DNA from: a virus
Lineage: Duplodnaviria > Caudoviricetes
Virus record (IMG/VR): IMGVR_UViG_3300021255_000050
Location: 32,001-96,000 of that record
Direction: 5' to 3' (one strand)
Length of the DNA: 64,000 nt
A program made the position numbers and the translations under genes. This document shows positions 54,701 through 62,395 of this stretch, piece by piece. The notes under the pieces are model-generated. The model had not been told where the DNA came from and ran no database searches. It worked only from the letters and a program-made list of their open reading frames with translations. Position 1 is the first letter of the stretch. Each line of letters begins with the position of its first letter.

Positions 54701-56199
54701 TACACAACGTTATTTAATGCTGAATTATGTGGAAGAACTTGGTGGCCACCTGTTTCTTCTCGCATAATAGCATCAAGTTCAAGGCTTTGATTAACAGGTA
54801 TTTTGTGTTCTCTATTAGCACCAACTGAATTATCTTGAAAATTTTCTCCGCGTAACAATTCATCAATTGTATATGTTGTTGCTTGGTATGTATTCGGTTG
54901 AACCGCAAAGTTAACATGTCCTATATTTTTATTAAGCTTTGGTGTTTTGGTAGCCTTCCCATTTTTGGGTTTAGGCATACTGGCAAGATAAGAGCTTGTT
55001 GCAATATCACGAAGATCAGTCAGTTGTGTGTCAGTAAATCTTCCAGGTGACAACCAACTAAATTGTTTTGTTAAAAATCTTTCAGCATCAAGCCCGCCAT
55101 ATAACATTTTGTTTGTTTTGTTGAGAATCCTATCAAACATGTTTGGGTCTGCGACATCGGATATACCATACATTGGTAAACCTTTTGCACCATTAATAGT
55201 CATATCATGGATAAGAGCTGCAGCGGCATTGACCTGCTGCCTCGTAATAGCTTTGTCAAGATAAAAATAACCATTTTCTCTACGAAGAACTTGCGCTTGT
55301 TCGAACGCCTTTGCTGCATATTGGTTTTCTCGTACCAATGAAGCTACACGCTTAAGTTCATTTTTCGAAAGACGATCATTATTATTTTTAGAAGTGCGTG
55401 TCATATAATCAGACTGTTGAATCTCGGCGAAACCAACATTCGATGCACCTGCTTTAAACTGCCCTGGTAACATATCGGCAAAGCTATTCATAGGCCCCAT
55501 GCGTTGGTTTTGTCCTCTTAAATGATTCATAAATGATCCACGTTGAGTTTTGTCTACTTCTGTTATGATATTTAACCCAATGAGATCTGACATGAAATTA
55601 TCAAATGTTTTATTGTTTGCAAGATTTTTAGAAGCCTTCCTTGTAAAATATGTCATGTCTGTTTTTATCTGGCTTGCTATGTCTTGATAATCTTTTCTAT
55701 GCATAACCGCACCGCGAATAACATCATCGGTTACAATGCCACTATGCGTTGAAGTGTTATGAGAAAAATCATTTGCAACTTTTAAAATTATATCTCTTAG
55801 TTTTGGCAATTGTTGATTAACAACACTTATATCATGGTTAGTTAATCCAAGGCTTGATAGACTCCTTGCGAGTTGTGATGCAACTGTTAAATCTTTTGAT
55901 AACCCGGCAATCGTATGCAAACCTACTTCGTAACGACCAGCATTAAGAGTGTTAGAATAATCATTCGACGAAGATGAAGTGTACTCCTTTTTAGCTTCAT
56001 CCATTATACTAGTAGTTTCTTCTAGATCGTGCCTAATCTGTTGTGTAAAATTTCCGAAAACAGGCGCCATTGAAGCAGCGGCTGATTCTATACCACGAAT
56101 TCTTGACTCAAGACGTTCGCTTGCATCCGCAGCATTGACAAGATCTTTATAGCCGCCCATATCCATTTTTATTTGTGCTGTAAATATAGCATCGGCCAT
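39735..56199 (-). CDS. Giant tape measure protein (~5143 aa spliced) with N-terminal RNAP-like and nuclease-like domains; complement(join(39735..41168,42202..56199))
   Basis: Located between tail chaperone and Dit; PhageMin_Tail-like segment near 47.8-48.7 kb; C-terminal YKSGGLVDYTGPAWVDG..KPE; splice joins ...QDEWD|LIKKGVEKEK in frame. Confidence 0.9.
41169..42201 (-). mobile_element. Group I intron (1033 nt) in tape measure gene, encoding a homing endonuclease
   Basis: P1 exon GGGAU/GUCCC (U.G); AAUUGCUGGAA; P3 ACCAAUC/GGUUGGU; P7 GACUA/UAGUC (AAGAUAUAGUC); terminal G 41169. Confidence 0.92.
41219..41914 (-). CDS. GIY-YIG homing endonuclease with NUMOD-type C-terminus
   Basis: SGIY.I.N..N.KCYIGQS...R..EH, E, GYN; HSEETKQKL, AGGFHW. 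Confidence 0.92.
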   Translation of the reverse strand: MPPKAGGCIQSGIYMIRNMVNNKCYIGQSKNVDRRLKEHMSKLKRGSHPNTHLQYAYNKYGPEAFDAFLLEPCSIDSLNSEEQRFIAAYHSNNPEYGYNMTAGGEGGREVSPEVTARRIESLHRYIEEHPEYIELRRQILAEPEVHQKIVNAMHTEEYRKKMSAVKTGFHHSEETKQKLAEINSKPVLCVETGVIYPSAKAATQSLPGKEMVRRAACGLRKTAGGFHWQYI

Positions 56200-56271
56200 T
56201 ATATAATCATCCTTTCAATTGCTATGTGACAACATCGGCTTTATATTATTACCCTCTTTAACGGCGCCCCG

Positions 56272-56299
56272 TTGACACAAGATATGCATATGATAAAAT
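56272..56299 (+). promoter_or_regulatory. SigmaA-type promoter of the counter-oriented gene
   Basis: TTGACA-N16-TAAAAT with extended -10 TG. Confidence 0.65.
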
Positions 56300-56370
56300 A
56301 CATATGCCTAAAAGAAAGGAGCGCTATAGGTTTACGTAATCTAACCGATCTAAGAAAAAGTGAGGACAAA

Positions 56371-56628
56371 ATGAAAAATACAGGTGTTATTATTAAAAGT
56401 ATTAGTGTTATACTCCTTATCATAGTTATTAGTACAGTAATAATTGCTATGGTTGTAAACGCATATATGGGTATGGAAATCGACATTATAACTAATATGA
56501 TATATCTAACCTCAACAATAATTCTTTCATCTATTCTATTTGGGATAGGCGACATCGTTAAAACAAATCAAGAAATAAGAGACCAGATTATCGATATCAA
56601 GTTAATGCAAATGCAGAACGAAGATTAA
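56371..56628 (+). CDS. AT-rich two-TM membrane protein (moron-like)
   Basis: Opposite strand to the tail operon, own promoter and SD GAGG, two hydrophobic helices. Confidence 0.7.
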   Translation: MKNTGVIIKSISVILLIIVISTVIIAMVVNAYMGMEIDIITNMIYLTSTIILSSILFGIGDIVKTNQEIRDQIIDIKLMQMQNED

Positions 56629-56629
56629 T

Positions 56630-56995
56630 TTATTTTCTTGCAAAGCTCCATCCGTCAAGGCCAGCCTTCCTCTTCTGGTCCTCCGGCCTCGCCCTCATGT
56701 ACTCCATCATATCCTCCATCAACTTAATCTCGCCCTCGTTCAGCGCCGCTGCGCCCTCCTCCGTCATCAGCTTATACAGCCAGTTCACGACCGGATGCAC
56801 GAGGTCCGCTTCCGCGTTGCGCTTCGCCACGGTCAGCTCGAGCATCTCCTTGATCTCGGCCATCGCCGCCGGATCGTCCGCGAACTCGTGCAGCGCAGGG
56901 TCGATGCGCCAAAGCGGTTCGAGGTAGAAAACGCCAGAATCACCGCAGCCGATGCAGGTGGGGATCGCAGAGTTAAACGCTTCAATCTTGGTCAT
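56630..56995 (-). CDS. Hypothetical protein
   Basis: SD AAGGAG before MTKIEAF. Confidence 0.65.
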   Translation of the reverse strand: MTKIEAFNSAIPTCIGCGDSGVFYLEPLWRIDPALHEFADDPAAMAEIKEMLELTVAKRNAEADLVHPVVNWLYKLMTEEGAAALNEGEIKLMEDMMEYMRARPEDQKRKAGLDGWSFARK

Positions 56996-57118
56996 AATAA
57001 CACGCTCCTTTATGCGGTAGTGCTGCGACAGCAGTGATGACAATAGCGTAGCCAGAAACTGTCGTCATCGCTGCCGTCGCAAATAAGGCCGGCAGTGCGT
57101 ACCACCGGCCTTTTGCTG

Positions 57119-57376
57119 TTAGTGAAAATCGCGCTCGCCGTTTTCGCTGCGGCCAGTTACGCGCTGGTAAAGCTCGCCATGCTTCTTGTCAGGATCGGAA
57201 TCGCTGACGATAGGGAAAGGGTTCGCCTGTTCGAGAGTCATCAGCTGCACAGCGCAAGCGCCAATGCGGCCAAGCTCCCCGCTGCGGTCAATGCCGAGCT
57301 TATAGTTACGGTAATGTATCTGCATTTCGTTATACAGATCAAATGCTGTCTTCATAGTCAACACCTCGTTAATCAT
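57119..57376 (-). CDS. Hypothetical protein
   Basis: MINEVLTMK..., overlaps the stop of the chaperone extension. Confidence 0.5.
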   Translation of the reverse strand: MINEVLTMKTAFDLYNEMQIHYRNYKLGIDRSGELGRIGACAVQLMTLEQANPFPIVSDSDPDKKHGELYQRVTGRSENGERDFH

Positions 57377-58186
57377 TTGCCCATTCCATCCCCTGCATAT
57401 CCTTTTCTGCTGTAATAGGAACGTTAGCGAAAAGCGCAAGGAGACCGCTGGCAACATTTGCGGAATCACCACGGAGGGGGTTCGCCTGCTCGATAATCTT
57501 GCCGGACTCTTTTGCAAAAGCATTGCCGGCATAATTAACAGCGGCTTCGTAATTCAAGCGCTTGCCTAGCGCTTTAAGGACTGCTTTGAAGAACGGGATA
57601 CTCATGTTATTGATCTTATCCTCGTTAACTTCACCTAAATGAACAGCGACAGCAGCAACAGCTTCATCAAGAGTTAGCCCATCGTCGCCGCTGTCGCCAT
57701 CCGGTTTTTTACTTGTTCCTCCATCTCGTCAATCTTGTTCAAGCGGCAGAAGATGTCGAGCAAGTTGTAAATATCTGCAGAGGTCATGTTGTCGAAGTGC
57801 TTCTTCGTAAAGGCTGCATCATCAACAACACAGGTTACCCAGTCCATGAGGCACTTTGTAGGCGTACGCTTTTCGTCAAAGTAATCATCAGGAAGCTGGA
57901 AGATGTAGGGAAGCGGCATGCTTTTCAGCACCCTGTAAAAACCAGCAACACCATTACGCTGGTAGAACATGCGCGTTGCTTTTATCTCTATAGTAACGCC
58001 GTCACATGTGAACATATTTTGCATGTTCTCAGCCGGCGGGATTGGCTTGCTGGATATTTCTTCTGAAGGCTGCGGTTCCGAAATCACTTCTTCTTTCGGG
58101 AGATCGCTGGCTTCAATATCTTCATCAGGCAGTGTACCGGGGTTCGGCACCTTTTCTGTGGGAAGCTTCTTCGGCATAATCATCAT
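57369..58186 (-). CDS. Tail assembly chaperone (57674-58186) and -1 frameshift extension to 57369 (gpG/gpGT-like)
   Basis: Slippery A AAA AAC at 57710-57704; the -1 frame is open (PDGDSGDDGLTLDEAVAA...MSIPFFK...) to the stop at 57369. Confidence 0.85.
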
Positions 58187-58196
58187 CTCTTCTTTT

Positions 58197-58229
58197 TAAA
58201 AAAGGGCTGCCAGTGTTAGTAGCAGCCCT
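58197..58229 (-). terminator. Terminator after the second terminal exon of the major tail gene
   Basis: AGGGCTGCTA-CTAACAC-TGGCAGCCCT-TTTT. Confidence 0.75.
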
Positions 58230-58234
58230 ATAAG

Positions 58235-58389
58235 TTAGCTTGAATATTTGTCCGTATCGTAGTTGGACTCGTCGTACTTGGATTGCTGTCCGTACCCCTT
58301 GCTTACAATGCCAACCTGCCAAGCGATGTTGTCATCGCCGCCGGGGTCCATTGTAGACAGGGTGAGCGGAAATGTAGCTGCTGATTTGT
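58235..58389 (-). CDS. Major tail protein terminal exon B (distal)
   Basis: (T)AC-AAA... = YKSAATFPLTLSTMDPGGDDNIAWQVGIVSKGYGQQSKYDESNYDTDKYSS*; preceded by G58390. Confidence 0.8.
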
Positions 58390-58429
58390 CATTTACATTC
58401 AGCATAGATCGCTACACTATGCTCGCGCT
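58390..58429 (-). ncRNA. Duplicated group I intron 3' end (P9-type hairpin + terminal G)
   Basis: AGCGCG-AGCAUAG-UGUAGCGAU-CUAUGCU-GAAUGUAAAUG, homologous to the 3' ends of both upstream introns. Confidence 0.8.
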
Positions 58430-58542
58430 TTAGGACGACTTCTTCTTGGGATTGTCGATGATGCCAACCTGCCATGCAATAGCATCGTCATCGCCACGGT
58501 CCATCGTGGAGAGAGTCAGCGGGAAGGTAGCAGCAGACTTAT
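58430..58542 (-). CDS. Major tail protein terminal exon A (proximal)
   Basis: (T)AT-AAG... = YKSAATFPLTLSTMDRGDDDAIAWQVGIIDNPKKKSS*; preceded by G58543. Confidence 0.85.
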
Positions 58543-58804
58543 CATATGTATTCACCGCAGTTCGCTGGGCTGCAGTCGCGCCTTAAGCACTGCTCTATGT
58601 CGCCATAGAGATTAGACCATATCTTCATCTCAAGTTGAGAGGCTACCGTTTCGACCACCAATCGCTTGTGGCCTACTCCCATATGGGATGGTCGTTAGAG
58701 TCTATGCGTATAACGCACTTGCTACGGGATTGTCTCGTAGAGAGTTTCCCCGTTTAGGTAGCTTTTGCATGCAGCTCACGCTGCAAGGAACCTATTGTTT
58801 GCTA
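58543..58804 (-). ncRNA. Group I intron 2 of major tail gene (262 nt; 415 nt if the distal 3' site is used)
   Basis: P1 exon GAGCU/GGUUC (U.G); AAACGGGGAAAC; P3 GCUACC/GGUAGC; P7 GACCA/UGGUC; P7.1/P7.2 hairpins (IA2-like). Confidence 0.9.
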
Positions 58805-58816
58805 AGCTCGTGTCAA
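58805..58816 (-). CDS. 12-nt microexon of major tail gene (TTGACACGAGCT)
   Basis: Flanked by intron 1 terminal G and intron 2 P1; its first 6 nt pair perfectly with the intron 1 guide UGUCAA (P10); gives PG-FDTSY-KSAAT. Confidence 0.88.
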
Positions 58817-59094
58817 CAGTGTGTGTTCAGCATGGTTCGCAACACCATGCCCGCTTTTCAGCTGCTGCATATCACTATGCAGATCGGACTATATCTTCAT
58901 CCATTTTCATGGAGCTTCCCATTTCGAACGCCATATGCTTGCGTCCTACGCCGTAAGGCTAGTCTCTAGGCTTTTTGCATACTCTTTTCAGGTATGCATT
59001 TAGCACGGTAGGTTGTCTTACGCTGCCGTAAGAGTTTCCCCGTTTAAGGAAGTGTCAGTATGCATTGCTGCATAAAGGACCTTGACAAATGTAA
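58817..59094 (-). ncRNA. Group I intron 1 of major tail gene (278 nt)
   Basis: P1 exon GGCU/GGUC (U.G); P10 UGUCAA/UUGACA; P3 CUUCC/GGAAG; P7 GACUA/UAGUC; terminal G 58817. Confidence 0.92.
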
Positions 59095-59770
59095 AGCCAG
59101 GAAGAGTGGTCACGCGGGTCTTGAAGATACGAACCACAGCATACTTGATGATGCCGCTTTCTTCGCACTTCTTACCGTCGTTGTAGATAGGCCACTTAAG
59201 GATAACTTCGCCGCAAGCCACGTCCCTGTTGTTGATGTTAACAACATTGGCAGTGGAATCTGCAGTCTCGTAGAAGATCTCCATCTCGTCGGTTTCATCA
59301 TCAGAGAACAGGACCGTCTTTGCTTCGGTATCAACATAGTAATAACCGGACGCAACAGGAGTGCCAGAAGCCTGTTCCTTCAGACCATTGATATACACGG
59401 TGCCAGCGGCCGGCTTATAGGTCAGGGTAACCTTGTGGGTAGTGGCATCGGGAGTAAGAGACTCGCTGACAGGAACCAGGAAATTGGGATCGTTCACGAA
59501 ATCAGCAGCATTCGCGGCAGCAAAGATTTCGGGCATGAAATCGCCCAGAGTGATCTGGATGTCCATGGTGGACTGGCCAGGGATGTTAGCAGAAGCATAA
59601 GCGGACCACCCAGAGCGAACCTCAATGAAGTCCACCTGAGGATTCAGGGAGCACTGCGTAACATGCTTGCTTGTAAAGACTTTCTTGTCGCCACCGCGCC
59701 TAAAGTAGAACTGCGGAACGTCGACAATGTAGCCGCCAAACTGTGGTACATATTTGGTTGCCATAAGCAT
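59095..59770 (-). CDS. Major tail (tube) protein exon 1
   Basis: Between the tail-completion gene and the frameshifting chaperone; beta-rich, high-expression codon bias; ends ...RVTTLPG. Confidence 0.85.
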
Positions 59771-59824
59771 TCACGTTCTTTCAATTGTATTTATGATAGC
59801 TCGTCCCTCACACGAGTTACATAC

Positions 59825-60319
59825 TTAATAAACTCTCGTGAAAGTCATCGTGAGGCAGTGGCGTTCGTACCCTATGGTCCGTGTGCCAAGCACCGTTTCA
59901 TGCGGATCACGAAACTTAAACACACCGATGTACCCGTAGTTCTCATCGCGCGGCTTAATGTAAAGCAGCTCAAGGAACCTGCGAGCAATACGCTGTGTTC
60001 GTGCGACAAGGCGGTCCTTGCCAACAGTGTGCATCTTCTCAGTCGGACAATAGATGTCGAGGCTGAGTGTCATGTTATGAGCATTTGGGATGTCTGTGCT
60101 GTCAGCTGGATAAAAACCATAGACGACGCGAATGTCCTCGTTGGTGAGAAGCTCGGACGTGGTCTTGCCAGCCTGCACAAAGTAGCGGTTCACAAATTCA
60201 AGGATGCTGGTTTTCGGGGCAACCCCCATCAGCTCCTTCAGCTCTGTATCGGGAAAGATGACGTCACGAATAATGTCGAGCCAGTCATCGTCCCAGGCGG
60301 TGTACAGCATTCTCACCAC
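59825..60319 (-). CDS. Putative tail terminator/completion protein
   Basis: Synteny immediately upstream of the major tail gene. Confidence 0.55.
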   Translation of the reverse strand: MVRMLYTAWDDDWLDIIRDVIFPDTELKELMGVAPKTSILEFVNRYFVQAGKTTSELLTNEDIRVVYGFYPADSTDIPNAHNMTLSLDIYCPTEKMHTVGKDRLVARTQRIARRFLELLYIKPRDENYGYIGVFKFRDPHETVLGTRTIGYERHCLTMTFTRVY

Positions 60320-60358
60320 CTCGCTTTCATTTGAGTAGTAATTTCGTAACTTAAACGG

Positions 60359-60592
60359 TTAAGCATTCATACCGATGCGGCGCATCGCATTCTGCCAATC
60401 GTATTCTTGGAACTCTTTCTTGCGGTCTTCGTCAGCCCCTTCGAGGTTCAGCTGAACTTCATCCTTGGTCACGCTTTTAATCGAGACCTTGATCGGTTCG
60501 CCCTCGATACCGGATTCATAGGTTGCTGCAGCAGCAAGAGCTGTGAATCTTTTTTGGAGCATGTCAACGACAAACTCATCTACGTTAATCAT
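60359..60592 (-). CDS. Neck-region hypothetical protein
   Basis: SD GGAGG; synteny. Confidence 0.55.
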   Translation of the reverse strand: MINVDEFVVDMLQKRFTALAAAATYESGIEGEPIKVSIKSVTKDEVQLNLEGADEDRKKEFQEYDWQNAMRRIGMNA

Positions 60593-61316
60593 AACTGAAC
60601 CCTCCAGCCGTATGCCGACACCGCAGCGTCAGGCAACCGCGCTCATCATCCAGCGCGAGACCAACGCGGGAAACATCAACGATCTCGTACGTATCATCGC
60701 CCCACTGGAATGTATCGTCCACGCGGATAAGCTTCGTCTGGTCGTTGTACTGCACACTAAGGATCGTGTAAGCATTCGCGGTAATACCGGGAGTGCCGCT
60801 GGCTGCAGAAAACTCAGGGCGGCCATCATAGCGGTATGCGTTACAAGGAATCGCATCCACGATCTTGGTCCAGCCCTTCTCCTCGATAACGTAGCCCCGC
60901 TCGTCCACAACATCGTCCATGTATCGGCTGATGCTGAGATAGAAGTTGCAGCGCAAAGCACGGCTTGGAGCATTGTTGGATTCGAGGTGAACTTCCCAGT
61001 CGAGAAGGTAAGGCTGCTGGTTATTGCTGGCGATAATCATGTCGCCCTTATGGATACCAGAAGACAGGCTCGCGCGGAAGTTCATATTGGAGTCCGTGTT
61101 TTCATAACGAGACTTTGTCGCATCAGGGTAGAGTTCGCCCCTGATGATCGTAGGTTCGTAACCATCTTCGAACTGAGCGTACCAGTCGTGCAGCAGAGTG
61201 AAGTCCATGACTTGATTAGGAAGCTGACCATCCAAAAAATTGTCGAAGTCGGATTCCAAAGTCGGAGGCCGGTAAAATCTAAACTGTGAAGGCCTTTTAA
61301 CATAAGGTCGGCTCAT
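60585..61316 (-). CDS. Putative head-closure protein
   Basis: Synteny; beta-rich with YEIVDV-like C-terminal barrel. Confidence 0.55.
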   Translation of the reverse strand: MSRPYVKRPSQFRFYRPPTLESDFDNFLDGQLPNQVMDFTLLHDWYAQFEDGYEPTIIRGELYPDATKSRYENTDSNMNFRASLSSGIHKGDMIIASNNQQPYLLDWEVHLESNNAPSRALRCNFYLSISRYMDDVVDERGYVIEEKGWTKIVDAIPCNAYRYDGRPEFSAASGTPGITANAYTILSVQYNDQTKLIRVDDTFQWGDDTYEIVDVSRVGLALDDERGCLTLRCRHTAGGFSYD

Positions 61317-61335
61317 GGCGCATCACTCCTTTCTG

Positions 61336-61881
61336 TTAATAAGATACGCCCTTCATGTACCGGATCATTCGGTAAAGCAGCTCGCGCCTGTAGTTCTCCA
61401 GCTTGTCGATGGAGTCAGCAAGGTGAGCATAGGGTTTGTCTGCGCCTGTAACGCTCAGCGCATTCGTGGTGTAAGACGTGATCACGTTGACGTCTTTCTG
61501 GATAATCTCGAGGAACGCTTTCTCTGCACACAGCAGCACGTACTCCTCCTCATCGATCTTCAAGTCCGCTGAAAAGAACAGCGCAGCCGCTGCAGGATCG
61601 GTGTCGCTAGTAGGCTCGCCGTCCGCAGCAGGATCTTGATCATCAGTAGGCTGTGTAGAAGGTTCGTCGCTAGACGGTGCGAGGTCCCCTTCTTCGGAAG
61701 AATCGATGAACATTTCTTTGCTGAAGATAAGAGCGCGGCCTGTATCGACATAAAGCCGCCTTATAGCGCGGACGATCAAGTCCATGTACTCTTCGAACGT
61801 GAACTCTTTCTCGGTCCGCTGCATGTAAACACGGCTCTCCAGTTCTTCAGCAAGAGCATTCACTGAAGTCATAAGCCGCAC
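61336..61881 (-). CDS. Putative head-tail adaptor
   Basis: Helical, synteny after the capsid genes; low-complexity acidic insert. Confidence 0.55.
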   Translation of the reverse strand: MRLMTSVNALAEELESRVYMQRTEKEFTFEEYMDLIVRAIRRLYVDTGRALIFSKEMFIDSSEEGDLAPSSDEPSTQPTDDQDPAADGEPTSDTDPAAAALFFSADLKIDEEEYVLLCAEKAFLEIIQKDVNVITSYTTNALSVTGADKPYAHLADSIDKLENYRRELLYRMIRYMKGVSY

Positions 61882-61886
61882 CTCTC

Positions 61887-62336
61887 TTACTCAGGGTCGG
61901 AAGCCCAGTCCTTGTTCGGGATTTTTGCCTGCAGGATTTCCAGCTTGCTCTTGGTGAGCGTATCCATATTCTTGGCAACAAGATAAATGGAGTGCAGCTC
62001 GGCGGGATCGGTTACGGTCTCGAGCCACTTCTCAAGCTTGGTGTTACTCATCCGCAGATAGCCGGCGATCTCTTCATCATCAAGATGGACGTTAGCCTTC
62101 ACGGGCTTCACGATGTGCAGCTTGTCCAGCGGGACATCATTGCCATCGTCATCAACAGGGACGAGCATGCGCTGTGCAAAGAACTTGTTGACCTTGCACT
62201 TGTTTTCGACAAACATGATCTCGTCATCTGTCATAAGCTGGAAGTTGCCGGCTTCAACATTGCGCTCCAGCCCATTGGGCAGCACGCACCCGATGTCGTA
62301 GTTACACCGGTTGTAAACTCGAAATGTATTCGCCAT
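61887..62336 (-). CDS. Hypothetical protein after capsid gene
   Basis: SD AAGGAG before MANTFRVYN. Confidence 0.65.
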   Translation of the reverse strand: MANTFRVYNRCNYDIGCVLPNGLERNVEAGNFQLMTDDEIMFVENKCKVNKFFAQRMLVPVDDDGNDVPLDKLHIVKPVKANVHLDDEEIAGYLRMSNTKLEKWLETVTDPAELHSIYLVAKNMDTLTKSKLEILQAKIPNKDWASDPE

Positions 62337-62357
62337 ACTTTTCTTCTCCTTAAATAT

Positions 62358-62385
62358 GTACGCCCCCACCGAAGCAGGGGCGTAC
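62358..62385 (-). terminator. Hairpin after major capsid gene
   Basis: GTACGCCCC...GGGGCGTAC. Confidence 0.55.
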
Positions 62386-62395
62386 ACGAAGATGG

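Noticed and set aside
58235-58560. Exons A and B as independent small genes (in-frame GTG/ATG exist just upstream)
   Set aside because: Those codons lie inside the intron 3' hairpins with no SD, and the strong coding similarity between the copies begins at the base after the terminal G; not formally excluded without proteomics
59018-59094. C-terminus FTFVKVLYAAMHTDTSLNGETLTAA of the 250-aa ORF as the real end of the tail protein
   Set aside because: It is read-through into intron 1 (P1-P5 sequence); splicing gives a coherent conserved C-terminus instead
59060-60334. 424-aa + strand ORF and other long antisense ORFs (e.g. 28540-29379, 60543-61289, 62675-63424)
   Set aside because: Shadow frames of codon-biased minus-strand structural genes; no SD or recognisable motifs
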